From: Candidatus Hydrogenedentota bacterium
GTDB lineage: Bacteria > Hydrogenedentota > Hydrogenedentia > Hydrogenedentales > SLHB01
Assembly (NCBI GenBank): GCA_963668025.2
Contig: CAXXTH010000010.1
Coordinates: 96,001-160,000 of the forward strand
DNA: 64,000 bases
Reading direction: 5' to 3'
The notes beneath the pieces are model-generated. The model was not told the DNA's origin. It searched no databases and saw only the letters and a program-made list of their open reading frames with translations. Positions 39,180-49,865 of this stretch are shown piece after piece (the first letter of the stretch is position 1; every line of letters starts with the position of its first letter). The position numbers and the translations under genes are program-made.

Positions 39180-41648
39180 ATGTGGGAACGATTTACCGAA
39201 CGCGCGAAACACGTGGTCAACGCCGCACGCGAGGAAGCTATCCGTTTGGGCAGCGAATACGTGCGCACGGAGCATATCCTGCTCGGGCTGTGCCATGAGC
39301 CGGAAGGCATCGCGGCGCGTGCGCTCGATAGCTTGGGCGTGGATATTAGCGGGCTTTCCATGGAGATCGAGAGCCAGGTCACCCGTGGCAATGCCGTGAT
39401 CTCGAGCGAAGAGATCAATTTTACGCCCCGCGCTAAAAAAGTGCTCGAACTCGCCGTCGAGGAGGCGCGCAATCTCAACCATAATTATATTGGCACCGAG
39501 CATATTCTCCTTGGCTTGATAAAAGAAGGGGAAGGCATCGCGGCTAAAGTGTTGCAAGAGATGAATATAGGCCTTGACCGGCTGCAGAATGAAGTGCTCC
39601 GGCTGTTGGGCGAACAGGCCAAGCCGGGTGCGGGAGCAAGCGCGCAAGCCTCCACTAGCAAGAAATCATCGACTCCCGCCCTTGATACCTTCGGCCGGGA
39701 TCTTACCGTGTTGGCCCAGGAAGGCAAATTAGATCCCGTCATCGGCCGCGAATCGGAGATCGAACGGGTAATCCAAGTGCTGTCCCGGCGCACCAAGAAT
39801 AATCCCGTGTTGATTGGCGAGGCGGGCGTCGGCAAAACCGCCATCGTCGAGGGATTGGCCCAAGCCATCGTCAACGGCGACGTGCCGGATCTGCTTTTGG
39901 GCAAGCGCGTCTTAACACTTGACCTTGCCGGTGTCGTGGCGGGCACGAAATATCGCGGGCAATTTGAAGAACGCCTCAAATCCGTCATGAAAGAAATCCG
40001 CCGCGCGGATAACGTCATTCTTTTCATTGATGAATTGCATACCATCGTGGGCGCAGGAGCGGCGGAAGGCGCCGTGGACGCGGCCAACATGCTCAAGCCA
40101 TCGCTGGCGCGGGGCGAACTGCAATGCATCGGCGCCACCACCATGGACGAGTACCGCAAGCAGATCGAGAAAGATGCGGCGCTTGCCCGCCGCTTCCAGA
40201 CCATCATCGTAGAAGCGCCAAGTGTGGACCAGACTATCGAGATTATCAAAGGTTTGCGGGACAAGTATGAGGCGCACCACCGGGTGAAGTTCTCCGATGG
40301 AGCCGTGGTCGCGGCGGCGAAACTCTCGAACCAATACATCACCGACCGCTTCCTTCCCGATAAGGCCGTGGATGTGATTGACGAGGCGGGAAGCCGCGCC
40401 CGCCTTCAAATCACCACGCGCCCGTCCGCCCTCAAGGAAATCGAGCGCGAGATCGAGGGCATCACTAAAGAAAAAGAAGTGGCCATTCGAAACCAGGAAT
40501 ATGAAAAAGCCGCTTCGTTGCGCGACCGCGAGCGCCACCTTATCTCGGAATTGGAAGAGAAGCGCCGGGAATGGGAGCGCAAGCGCGATTCATCCGAAAC
40601 CATTGTCAACGAAGAGGATATCGCATATATCGTGTCTAAGTGGACCGGCGTGCCTCTCACGAAGATCGAAGAAAAAGAATCCGAGCGGCTGCTCCGGATG
40701 CGCGACGAATTGCATCATTCGATCATTGGGCAGGAAAAAGCTATTGATGCGGTCACGCGGGCCATCCAGCGTTCGCGGGCGGGCTTGCGCAATGCGCGGC
40801 GTCCGGTGGGTTCATTTCTATTCCTCGGCCCCACGGGCGTAGGCAAGACCTTGCTGGCGCGTACGCTGGCGTCGTTTCTTTTCGGTAATGAAGAAGCGTT
40901 GATCACCATTGATATGTCCGAATACATGGAGAAATTCGCCGTGTCGCGCCTGGCGGGCGCGCCTCCAGGATATGTGGGCTACAACGAAGGCGGCCAGCTC
41001 ACCGAGCAGGTGCGCCGCAGGCCCTATTCGGTGGTGCTGTTCGACGAGATCGAGAAAGCCCATCCGGATGTGTTCAATGTGTTGTTGCAGGTGCTCGAGG
41101 ATGGGCATATGACCGACGCCACGGGGCGCAAAGTGGATTTCCGCAACGCCGTCATCGTCATGACAAGTAACGTGGGAGCGAGGCGCATCGGGCGCAATAT
41201 CACATTGGGCTTCCAGAAGGATTCCATGGAGGATCAATATGCCTCTATGAGCGACCGCGTGATGGAGGAAGTCAAGAAAGTATTCAATCCGGAATTTCTG
41301 AACCGGGTGGACGAAGTGGTGGTTTTCCATCATCTGACCCACGAGGATCTCCTTGCCATTGTTGACATTCATGTGGGCGAAGTGATAGAACGAGTCAAAG
41401 ATAAGGGGCTACTTCTATCACTGTCTGCCGTTGCAAAAGAGTTTATTATTCAAAAAGGCAGCGATGAGCAGTATGGTGCGCGGCCGTTGCGGCGAGCGGT
41501 GCAGCAGTATGTCGAAGACCCCTTATCCGAGCTGCTGCTAAAAGGGGCCTTCGTATCTGGAATGGAAATAGAGGTTCGTCCTTCGGAGGACGAGGAGAGG
41601 TTATTCTTCACTCCAGTCGTGGCCGTTACGGAAGGTGTGCCCACTTGA
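39180..41648 (+). CDS. clpC: ATP-dependent Clp protease ATPase ClpC
   Basis: Two Clp-N repeats (TEHILLGL), [11 protein letters not shown] middle domain, [11 protein letters not shown] ClpP-docking loop, GARPLRR. Confidence 0.95.
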   Translation: MWERFTERAKHVVNAAREEAIRLGSEYVRTEHILLGLCHEPEGIAARALDSLGVDISGLSMEIESQVTRGNAVISSEEINFTPRAKKVLELAVEEARNLNHNYIGTEHILLGLIKEGEGIAAKVLQEMNIGLDRLQNEVLRLLGEQAKPGAGASAQASTSKKSSTPALDTFGRDLTVLAQEGKLDPVIGRESEIERVIQVLSRRTKNNPVLIGEAGVGKTAIVEGLAQAIVNGDVPDLLLGKRVLTLDLAGVVAGTKYRGQFEERLKSVMKEIRRADNVILFIDELHTIVGAGAAEGAVDAANMLKPSLARGELQCIGATTMDEYRKQIEKDAALARRFQTIIVEAPSVDQTIEIIKGLRDKYEAHHRVKFSDGAVVAAAKLSNQYITDRFLPDKAVDVIDEAGSRARLQITTRPSALKEIEREIEGITKEKEVAIRNQEYEKAASLRDRERHLISELEEKRREWERKRDSSETIVNEEDIAYIVSKWTGVPLTKIEEKESERLLRMRDELHHSIIGQEKAIDAVTRAIQRSRAGLRNARRPVGSFLFLGPTGVGKTLLARTLASFLFGNEEALITIDMSEYMEKFAVSRLAGAPPGYVGYNEGGQLTEQVRRRPYSVVLFDEIEKAHPDVFNVLLQVLEDGHMTDATGRKVDFRNAVIVMTSNVGARRIGRNITLGFQKDSMEDQYASMSDRVMEEVKKVFNPEFLNRVDEVVVFHHLTHEDLLAIVDIHVGEVIERVKDKGLLLSLSAVAKEFIIQKGSDEQYGARPLRRAVQQYVEDPLSELLLKGAFVSGMEIEVRPSEDEERLFFTPVVAVTEGVPT

Positions 41649-43969
41649 AAAAGCTCGTTGTCAGCATGATGATGGCGGCCTGTGTCCTCTTGGGGGGAAT
41701 CCCGGCGGCAAGCCAGGATTATACAGGAAAAAATGTGAAGGAAGTCCAATTGGTTGGGCTCGAACGTGTGAACGACCAAGTGGTGCGTTCCAAACTCGAG
41801 GTCCAGCCGGGGCAGCCTTTCAATTCGCGTATGGTGTCCCGTGATATCCGGCGCTTGTATGAGCTCGGGTATTTCTCCAATATCGTCGCCGACGCCAGCT
41901 TGTCCGGTGACGATGTGGTGGTCACATATACCGTCGAAGAAAAGCGCTCCATCGACGAAGTGAAGATCACCGGCAACCGCAAGGTGAAAGAGCGGGCGAT
42001 CCGGGGCGTGCTGACATGGCGCGAGGGCGATTCTTTCGCTTCGGAAGCCTATGATGATGAACGCGATGCAATCCTCAAATTGTATCAAAGCAAAGGCTTC
42101 CCGAGTGCCAGCGTCGATATTATCGTCGAAGAAATCGGCGCATCGCGCGTGCGCATCACCTATGTCATCAATGAGGGGAAAAAGGCCCGAGTGAAGCAGA
42201 TCACTTTTGTGGGCAATGAAACCCTTTCCGAGCATAAACTCAGGAAAGCCATGAAGACCAAACACGCATGGTGGTTCCTTGGCGGCAAGTATGATCCAGA
42301 TGTGTTTGAAGAAGATCTCGGACGCATAACGGACGAGTATGGCAATTACGGCCACCTCGAAGCCGATGTTGAAAATACCGATCTGGCGTTCTCGGAAGAT
42401 GGCAAGCGCGTCAATGTCACCATCTATGTGAAAGAAGGCCCGCAATACCACGTGGATACGCTCGATGTGGCCGGCAATGTGGTATACGACACCGACGAAA
42501 TCATCGATAAGATGAAGGTCATACCAGGCGAAGTCCATAATAAGAGCCAAGTCGAGAAAGACGCGGAGACGATCAATAGCGGTTATGAGGACAGCGGATA
42601 TGTGTATGCGGGTGTGACGCCGCAAGTGACGCTGGACCGTGAAAATAAAACCACGCATATTGTCCACCGGGTGCGCGAGGGAGACCTCAAGTATATCCGG
42701 GAGATCAAAATCACCGGTAATTCCATTACCCGCGATGATGTGATCCGCCGGGAGGTGTTGTCCTTCCCTGGAGAACGGTTTGATGGCGGCCTATTGCGGG
42801 CCAGCCAATCCCGCCTTGAAGATACGGAATGGTTCGAGACCGTCCGCTTTACGCTGGAAAACCTGGATGACACGGAAGACGGTCGTTTCTCGAATCTGCT
42901 GGTGGATGTCGAAGAAGGCAAAACGGGATACTTCAATTTCGGTGGCGGCTACAGCTCGGACGAGGGGTTGGGCGGCTTCACGGAGTTAACCTTTAACAAT
43001 TTTGACATCTCGAATTGGCCGAAGTTTTCGGGCGGCGGCGAACAGTTGCGCCTTAAACTTAACATCAGCGGCAAGCGCAACCAATACAATATCAGCTATA
43101 CGAACCCCGAATTTATGGGTTATCCGCTTATCTTCGGCGTGGATCTCTTTGATGAACGCTACGAATATGACGATGTCGGCCGCTATACGGAAGACACAAG
43201 CGGCGCGCAGATTCGTTTCGCCAAATTACTGTCGCCCTTTGTGACCGCGCGCACGATGCTGCGGTATTCCGACACCTCGATTTCGGATTTGCCCTGGTAT
43301 GCGGGCATCACCTATCCCCGCGAATATTGGGACGGCCGCGAAGGCAGCACGACCATTAGCTCCATCTGGGGCATCACGCGCAACACCGTCGATACCCAGA
43401 AAGACACCACCAGTGGTTCGCGGCATGATCTGCAATTCGAGTTCGCTGGCATAGGCGGCGACAATAACTTCTACAAGCTCGAACATGATTCGACGTGGTA
43501 TTGGCCGCTGGACGACAACCGCAAATGGATCCTCTCCTTCCGCACCCGCGAGGGCTGGGTGGATGAATACGGCAGTTCAGATTACGTCCCCCTGCAAGAT
43601 CGTTTCTTCGCGGGCGGAACGAACACCATCCGCGGCTACGACAGCCGTGATGTCGGCCCGAAAAAGACCGGTTTGTGGGGGCTTGGCGAGACTGTCGCCA
43701 TCGGTGGCGAGCTGCGGCTCCTGGAAAGCCTCGAAGTCAAATACCGCTTGAACAAACTCCTTCGCTTGTATGGTTTCGTGGATTCCGGCGGCGTCTGGGA
43801 AACGGCCAGCGATCTTGACTTTGGCGATATGCGGTACAGCGCGGGCATTGGCCTTGGATTTGATATCCCCCGCATGGGCCCCATCCGCGTCGATTATGGA
43901 TTCCCGCTGAATGCGGATGAAGACCAGGGTAACGGGAAGCTCCACTTGCAGAGCGGCTTCCGCTTCTAG
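41645..43969 (+). CDS. bamA: Outer membrane protein assembly factor BamA
   Basis: Signal peptide, five POTRA-like repeats, IRGY motif, C-terminal Phe; TTG start overlaps the clpC stop. Confidence 0.93.
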   Translation: MKKLVVSMMMAACVLLGGIPAASQDYTGKNVKEVQLVGLERVNDQVVRSKLEVQPGQPFNSRMVSRDIRRLYELGYFSNIVADASLSGDDVVVTYTVEEKRSIDEVKITGNRKVKERAIRGVLTWREGDSFASEAYDDERDAILKLYQSKGFPSASVDIIVEEIGASRVRITYVINEGKKARVKQITFVGNETLSEHKLRKAMKTKHAWWFLGGKYDPDVFEEDLGRITDEYGNYGHLEADVENTDLAFSEDGKRVNVTIYVKEGPQYHVDTLDVAGNVVYDTDEIIDKMKVIPGEVHNKSQVEKDAETINSGYEDSGYVYAGVTPQVTLDRENKTTHIVHRVREGDLKYIREIKITGNSITRDDVIRREVLSFPGERFDGGLLRASQSRLEDTEWFETVRFTLENLDDTEDGRFSNLLVDVEEGKTGYFNFGGGYSSDEGLGGFTELTFNNFDISNWPKFSGGGEQLRLKLNISGKRNQYNISYTNPEFMGYPLIFGVDLFDERYEYDDVGRYTEDTSGAQIRFAKLLSPFVTARTMLRYSDTSISDLPWYAGITYPREYWDGREGSTTISSIWGITRNTVDTQKDTTSGSRHDLQFEFAGIGGDNNFYKLEHDSTWYWPLDDNRKWILSFRTREGWVDEYGSSDYVPLQDRFFAGGTNTIRGYDSRDVGPKKTGLWGLGETVAIGGELRLLESLEVKYRLNKLLRLYGFVDSGGVWETASDLDFGDMRYSAGIGLGFDIPRMGPIRVDYGFPLNADEDQGNGKLHLQSGFRF

Positions 43970-43985
43970 AGGGGCCCGTTTTTTT

Positions 43986-44043
43986 GCCACAAGAAGCACA
44001 AAAGACACAAGAACCATCTTGTGTCTTTTGTGCTTCTTGTGGC
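43986..44043. repeat. Perfect 27-bp-stem hairpin built of 9-nt periodic units
   Basis: GCCACAAGAAGCACAAAAGACACAAGA-ACCA-exact reverse complement. Confidence 0.9.
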
Positions 44044-44141
44044 TATTTTTCGTTTCCTTGCCGGCATTCATGGGGCTATGGTAGACTCCTCGTTCATATA
44101 GCGTTTCCACCTCGAGTTCGAACCGCTCCATGAGGAGTCTT

Positions 44142-47100
44142 ATGAAAAAACGGATCGTCTTTTTCCTGCTCAAAGCGCTTTTCATCGCAACGGTATTCAC
44201 CTTGCTGTTCCGGCCCCAGACATTCGGATTCTCGGAAGAAAAATTCAAAGGCATTTCCCTGGATGGCTTGGCTGGCGCCCTCGAACAACTCACGCTGGCC
44301 AACGCCGTGTTTTGGTTCAGCTTCGCCGCTCTCGCCAAATTGCTGGGCATTTCGGCGGGCATCCTGCGCTGGCGCTTGTTATTGCGCGCGCAAGGACTGC
44401 GTATTCCCTTCTGGTATCTTGTGAAATGCTGGTTCATGGGCCGGGCCATCGGCTTATGGCTTCCGAGCACCGTCGGGCTTGATGGCTACCGCCTCGTCGA
44501 GTCGGCGGCTTATACCGGCGAGGCCATCCGCTGCGCCACGGTCATCGCGGTCGAAAAACTCATCGGATTCATCGCCCTCGGCATGCTCGTTTTTCTCACC
44601 CTGCCTCGAGTGCTTACGTTATTCAAGGTGAATGTTCCCATGCTGGCCATCGTGCTGGCTGGCTTGCTCGGTTTTATCACCGTATCGCTATTGTTGCTGC
44701 TCAATCCCCGCGTCGTGCAAGTGCTGGCCTCGGTCCTGCCCGTTCCCGGCGCCTTACGGGGCAAGATCGACAAACTCAGCGCGGCGCTTACCGCATACGC
44801 CGGCCACCGCGCCACACTGTTGCTCGCGTTGCTGCTCGGATTAGGCATCCATCTGGGCATATGCCTCATGTATTTCGGCACGGCCATGGCCATTAGCGGC
44901 GGGCATGCGGCGATACTAGATATTCTCTTTGTCAGCCCGCTGGTGATCGTAGGCTCGATTATCGCCCCTACGGTCAGCGGAATGGGCGTGCGCGAAGTGG
45001 GATTCCGCGTCCTGCTCGGGGCCAAGTATGGAACGGAGCAAGCCTTGCTTTTTGGCCATATGGGGCTTTGGCTTGGCGAAGTGCTGCCTTTCTTGTTAAG
45101 CATTCCTCTCCTGTTGTTTGCTACGCGCCCCAAACGGGAGGAGTTCCTTTCGGAGGCGGATTCCGTGCGCGCCAAGGCCTCTCACCTGGGGGAAAAGAAT
45201 ATGCATTTGCCGCAAGAAGCTATTCGCGAATATCGGGCCCGGCTGCTCAATACTTTGTTAGCAGGCATGCTGGGCGGGCTTGTGGCGGGGGCGCTCGTGG
45301 GCCTGGCCGAGGCGGGCTGGATTGTGCGCTCGCTGGGCGGCTTGGCTGAATACGCCGCGTTCTGGTGGGGGCCGCTGGTGTACGGAGTTCTGTTTGGCGC
45401 GGCGGGACTAGGCGTTGCAGTGGGGCTGGCGTTCGTTTGCCTGCTATTTGACCGTTTCCTCAAACCGCAAACTATATTCATTTTGGCCCTAGGCCTCTTT
45501 ACCGCACTGGCGGTCCTCGTCATCGGCCAGTTCCGTTTCCAACGGGATGTGCTGGCCGGCCACGCCATGTCGCTCCAGCAAAGCGCCATGATCGCCGCGT
45601 CCGCATTAGGCGGTGCGCTGGCGCTGGCTGTGGCCGCCTGGCTGGCGCTGCGATGGGTGCGCACAGGGCGTACGGCCGCCGTAGCGTCTGGCTTTGGCGC
45701 ATTCACGGTCCTTGTGGCAGCAGGCGCGGTGGTATCTGGAACCATGACACCCGTAGTGGAAGAGCATACTTTCCAACCCGCCGCACAAGCAAAAGGCCCC
45801 AATATCATCTTCGTGGCCGTGGACGCCCTACGGGCGGACCGGCTGGGCTGCTACTCGAAAGATGCCGCCGCACGGACGCCCAACTTGGACGGATTCGCGC
45901 GGGACGCCGTGCGCTTCGAGAGCGCCTTCTCGCAAGCCTCGTGGACCAAACCCTCGTTCGCGACCATGTTCTCGGGCCTGTATCCCTCGATGCATGGCGC
46001 GACATCGAAAACCTCCATGCTCCAAGACAATGTGACGACCTTCCCCGAGCTGTTGCTTGGCGCGGGCTACTATACGAAAGGCTTTTCGAATAACCCGAAC
46101 ATCACCAGCTTGTTTCATTTCGATCAAGGCTTCGCCGATTATGTGGATCTAAAGCCGAGCCTCTATTTCGGCGCGTCGGCCTCCTCCTCGAAACTGGCGG
46201 TCTATGAAGTGTTGCGGCGCGCACGCCAGATGGCGCTTGCGAAGCTGCCTGGCGGCCACATGGTAGTGACGGATTTCTACCAGCCCGCTGAAGTGGTGAC
46301 GCAAACCGCCCTCGATTGGCTCGATAGCCCGCAACGACCCGTGCATGCGCCGTTTTTCCTGTTCCTGCATTATATGGAGACCCACGACCCCTTCATGGAT
46401 TGGACGCATCCGGGTGTCGGGTATGCCCGCGTACGCATGGAGAATCCCGACCCTGATAAGTATCTCGAAGCCATGAGCCGCGCATATGACGGCGAGATCG
46501 AGCACTTGGATCAAAACCTCGGCCCGCTCTTCGAGGGCTTGCGCCAGCGTGGATTGTATGAAGACACCGTGATCGTGTTCACGTCGGACCATGGCGAGGA
46601 GTTCTATGACCACCGGGGGTGGTGGCATGGGCAGACCTTGTACGATGAACTGACCCATGTGCCTCTGCTGATCAAACTGCCGGGCCATATCAAGGGCGGC
46701 GAGGTGAATTCGGATTTCGCCCGGCATATTGACCTTGCCCCCACGTGTTTATCCCTAGCAGGCGTCGAGAAAGACGCCGCCATGCCCGGGCATTCTTTGC
46801 TGGATTTAACAGGAGCGTTCGGCAATCAAGATACCAGCTATTCCTACGCGGAGAATGATTTCGAAGGCATTGTGCTCCAAGCGATACGAATCCATGCGGC
46901 CAAGACCATTCATGCAAACGAAGGCAATAAGCGCAACCTAAAACCCGTCGAGTTATACGACATGGCTGCGGACCCAAAAGAGCAGCAAAACCTGGCGGGC
47001 CAAAGCGATCCGCGTGAGTCCGAATTGAGTAGCTTGCTCGCAAACGTTCAGCGTTCAATTAAGGAAAACGCCAAAGAACCGGAAAAAGCCGTTGAAATAT

Positions 47101-47153
47101 CGGATGAACTAAAAAGCCAGCTTGAAGCGCTAGGTTACGTGAATGCCGAATAA
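44142..47153 (+). CDS. LPG-synthase-TM (flippase-like) domain fused to a sulfatase/alkaline-phosphatase-superfamily domain
   Basis: RWRLLL, PSTVGLDGYR and GMGVRE motifs; NIIFVAVDALRAD, SWTKPS, HYMETHDP, TSDHGEEF, HVPL. Confidence 0.85.
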   Translation: MKKRIVFFLLKALFIATVFTLLFRPQTFGFSEEKFKGISLDGLAGALEQLTLANAVFWFSFAALAKLLGISAGILRWRLLLRAQGLRIPFWYLVKCWFMGRAIGLWLPSTVGLDGYRLVESAAYTGEAIRCATVIAVEKLIGFIALGMLVFLTLPRVLTLFKVNVPMLAIVLAGLLGFITVSLLLLLNPRVVQVLASVLPVPGALRGKIDKLSAALTAYAGHRATLLLALLLGLGIHLGICLMYFGTAMAISGGHAAILDILFVSPLVIVGSIIAPTVSGMGVREVGFRVLLGAKYGTEQALLFGHMGLWLGEVLPFLLSIPLLLFATRPKREEFLSEADSVRAKASHLGEKNMHLPQEAIREYRARLLNTLLAGMLGGLVAGALVGLAEAGWIVRSLGGLAEYAAFWWGPLVYGVLFGAAGLGVAVGLAFVCLLFDRFLKPQTIFILALGLFTALAVLVIGQFRFQRDVLAGHAMSLQQSAMIAASALGGALALAVAAWLALRWVRTGRTAAVASGFGAFTVLVAAGAVVSGTMTPVVEEHTFQPAAQAKGPNIIFVAVDALRADRLGCYSKDAAARTPNLDGFARDAVRFESAFSQASWTKPSFATMFSGLYPSMHGATSKTSMLQDNVTTFPELLLGAGYYTKGFSNNPNITSLFHFDQGFADYVDLKPSLYFGASASSSKLAVYEVLRRARQMALAKLPGGHMVVTDFYQPAEVVTQTALDWLDSPQRPVHAPFFLFLHYMETHDPFMDWTHPGVGYARVRMENPDPDKYLEAMSRAYDGEIEHLDQNLGPLFEGLRQRGLYEDTVIVFTSDHGEEFYDHRGWWHGQTLYDELTHVPLLIKLPGHIKGGEVNSDFARHIDLAPTCLSLAGVEKDAAMPGHSLLDLTGAFGNQDTSYSYAENDFEGIVLQAIRIHAAKTIHANEGNKRNLKPVELYDMAADPKEQQNLAGQSDPRESELSSLLANVQRSIKENAKEPEKAVEISDELKSQLEALGYVNAE

Positions 47154-47170
47154 ACCATGAACTTTTTGGA

Positions 47171-47252
47171 AACCACGAAATACACTAATGCATGAAGTAA
47201 AAAAATAGTTTTTCAGTATGATATTTTCGTGTGTTTCGTGTATTTCGTGGTT
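47171..47252. repeat. Inverted pair of 9-nt periodic units
   Basis: AACCACGAAATACAC... and ...TTTCGTGTGTTTCGTGTATTTCGTGGTT. Confidence 0.75.
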
Positions 47253-47302
47253 AGAAATCCGGATCTGTAGTAGCAACTAGGCTATGCTTGGAGTGTTGAT
47301 AA

Positions 47303-49306
47303 ATGAAAAAGCATACTTCATCGCATCAATATACACGGCGTGATTTTTTAGCGGCGGGCGCGGCGGCGGGCGTGGCATTGGGCTGCGGCAAGTCGTTCTT
47401 CATCGGTAAAGCCAGCGCTAAAACCAAGGGCCGTGTGATCATTCTGGGATTTGACGGCATGGAGCCGAGTCTCGTGGCTCCCATGCTTGATGCAGGCGAA
47501 TTGCCGAATCTGGCCGCACTGAAACAATCCGGCTCCTATCATACCCTCGGCACCACCATTCCGCCACAATCACCCACGGCATGGAGTTCGTTCGCCACCT
47601 CGAAGAATCCCGGCGGGCACGGCATCTTCGATTTTATCCGCCGCAACCCGCAATCGCGCAGCGGCCCTATTCCATTGGTGGGCACAGGAAAATTCGAGCA
47701 TCCCGGCCTTGCGCCGGATGGCGCTTTGGCGCGCCCGCCGGAGGCGCTCTCGTTTCGCAAGGGGAAAGCCTTTTGGTCAGTGGCCGATGAGCAAGGCGCG
47801 CGCGGGCGCATCTTGAACGTGCCGTACGCCTTTCCGCCCGATGACATGAAAAACGGGAGCATGCTTTGCGGCCTATGGGTGCCGGATCTGCGCGGTAACA
47901 ATAGCACCTATGTGGCCCTGTCGGACGCCTTCACGGACGAGACGGAGGATTCATCCGGCGGCATCCGCGTGAAACTCGCTTTTGACGCTTCCGGCGTTGC
48001 AGAGGTGAATGTGCCGGGGCCGCGCGACACGCGGTTCCCGTTCCGCGACCCGAAGGCCTTTACAACGGTTCCCATGAAGCTCCGCATCGACCGCGCTGGA
48101 CACCAAGGCGAGGCCGTCGTGGACGGTAAGACCGTTGCATTGGCGCAAGGCCAGTGGTCGCCGTGGATCGAGCTGCCCTTCGCCATGTCGGAACAATACG
48201 CGGTCCACGGCATCGCGCGGTTTTTCCCCATGGAAATCGGCGATGTAGTCCGCATCTACATGAGCTGCGCCCAATACGACCCTCGCCAGCCGTATGTGCC
48301 CATCAGCTCGCCCTCGGCGTATTCCAAGGAATTGGCGGAACGTTATGGCCTGTACAAAACCATCGGCTGGGCGTACGACACCAAGGCCCTCAGCAGCGGC
48401 GACCTCATCGAGGAAGCCTTTCTGGCGGATCTGCGTGAGACCATGAATTGGTGGAGCAAGCTCACGATGGATGAACTCGAGCGCGGCGAACTCGATTTCC
48501 TCGTGTCGGCGGGCACCGCAACGGACCGCGTGGCCCATATGTTCTGGCGGTTTCTAGACGATAAAAATCCTATGTATACTCCCGAGGGCGCTCAGAAATA
48601 TGCAAGGGCCATCCAGGAAATCTACAAGATGGCTGATGCATTCGTCGGCAGCGTCCGTGCGAAATTGCGCGAGGAAGACCTGTTCCTTGTAATGTCCGAC
48701 CACGGTTTCGGTTCATGGCGCACCCAGTTCAATGTGAACGGCTGGCTCAAAGAAAATGGATACCTGGCCACGGCCGACCCCGCGCTCGCGAAGGAAAAGG
48801 GCTTTCTCCTGGATATGGATTGGACCCAGACAAAGGCCTACGCCGTGGGCCTCAGTTCGATGTATCTCAACCTGCAAGGCCGGGAATCGCGCGGGCTAGT
48901 GGCGGCCGCCGAACAAGACGCCCTCCTCGCGGAAATTCGCGACAAGCTCTTGCAGGTGAAAGACCCCGCCACGGGCAGCCCCGTCCTCAGCCATGTCTAT
49001 ACAAAGGCGGACTATAAAGGCGAGGCCATGGCGGATGCGCCTGATTTTTCGCTCGGATTCAGCCCGTATTACCAGATGAATAAATCCTGCGCCCTGGGTT
49101 ATGTGGGCGGCGCGTTGTTTTCTCCGAACGACGACAAATGGAGCGGTGAACACGCCGCGTCCGACATGGCGTCATGCCCTGGCGTGTTGTTCGCGAACCG
49201 GCCCATCGAAAATGATGCGCCCACCATTCTCGATTTCGGGTCAACCGTGCTCAAGCATCTAGGCCGCGACATCCCAAGTGATTATGAAGGGAAAAGCCTG
49301 GTGTGA
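47303..49306 (+). CDS. Tat-exported alkaline phosphatase/nucleotide pyrophosphatase-family protein
   Basis: TRRDFL Tat signal; ILGFDG, PPQSPTAWSS, DRVAH, MSDHGF, SGEH. Confidence 0.85.
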   Translation: MKKHTSSHQYTRRDFLAAGAAAGVALGCGKSFFIGKASAKTKGRVIILGFDGMEPSLVAPMLDAGELPNLAALKQSGSYHTLGTTIPPQSPTAWSSFATSKNPGGHGIFDFIRRNPQSRSGPIPLVGTGKFEHPGLAPDGALARPPEALSFRKGKAFWSVADEQGARGRILNVPYAFPPDDMKNGSMLCGLWVPDLRGNNSTYVALSDAFTDETEDSSGGIRVKLAFDASGVAEVNVPGPRDTRFPFRDPKAFTTVPMKLRIDRAGHQGEAVVDGKTVALAQGQWSPWIELPFAMSEQYAVHGIARFFPMEIGDVVRIYMSCAQYDPRQPYVPISSPSAYSKELAERYGLYKTIGWAYDTKALSSGDLIEEAFLADLRETMNWWSKLTMDELERGELDFLVSAGTATDRVAHMFWRFLDDKNPMYTPEGAQKYARAIQEIYKMADAFVGSVRAKLREEDLFLVMSDHGFGSWRTQFNVNGWLKENGYLATADPALAKEKGFLLDMDWTQTKAYAVGLSSMYLNLQGRESRGLVAAAEQDALLAEIRDKLLQVKDPATGSPVLSHVYTKADYKGEAMADAPDFSLGFSPYYQMNKSCALGYVGGALFSPNDDKWSGEHAASDMASCPGVLFANRPIENDAPTILDFGSTVLKHLGRDIPSDYEGKSLV

Positions 49307-49323
49307 ACCGGCTGGAGCATTTG

Positions 49324-49863
49324 AAGATTTTTTCACCACGGGGACACGGGGAACACGGGGGGAGATGTGTTATGACTGTGATTTGTCAAAATAAAAAAGG
49401 TTTTGTAACACTTGAGCCGACTGAAGTAAAAGCATCGGGACGGTTTTTGAACCGGGAATACATAATGAACCGCCTATGATGGAGGCATTTATTTTTAGAC
49501 ATGATTTACAAGATGGGACAAGATTTTTATGATGGCAATTTTGTTACACAAAAGAACGCGCCCGGACACTTCCTAGATTAACTTTCAAATCTGCAAATAA
49601 TCCTGGCGATCTTGTCCAATCTTGTAAATCATGTCTAAAAAAAGCAACTCTTTCTTCAGTCCGCTAAAGTGTTACAAGGTTTTTTTATTCCACCGTAGAT
49701 GCGGATGGCACGGATTTGGATGAACGATTCAGTATGTGTGTAACAGTATTAGTCAAGTGTTTTATCTGATGTGTTTTAGTATAATTAGCGTACCGGGTGG
49801 TCGAAGATTTGTACTTTTGTTTTGCCACCCCGCGCTCCCCGTGTCCCCGTGGTAAAAAATCTT
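49324..49863. repeat. Outer inverted pair of 9-nt periodic repeats enclosing a MITE
   Basis: AAGATTTTTTCACCACGGGGACACGGGGAACACGGGG pairs with CCCCGCGCTCCCCGTGTCCCCGTGGTAAAAAATCTT. Confidence 0.85.
49405..49675. mobile_element. 271-bp MITE with GTAAC...GTTAC ends and 8-bp target duplication (IS66-like signature)
   Basis: TIRs GTAACACTTGAGCCGACTGAAG and CTTCAGTCCGCTAAAGTGTTAC (20/22); direct repeat AAGGTTTT at 49397-49404 and 49676-49683; no ORF. Confidence 0.85.
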
Positions 49864-49865
49864 TT

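Noticed and set aside
49404-49676. IS481-like reading of the MITE (TGT...ACA ends, 6-bp AGGTTT duplication)
   Set aside because: The GTAAC...GTTAC boundary gives a longer perfect 8-bp duplication, and the other two copies begin CGTAAC and AGTAAC, not TGT.
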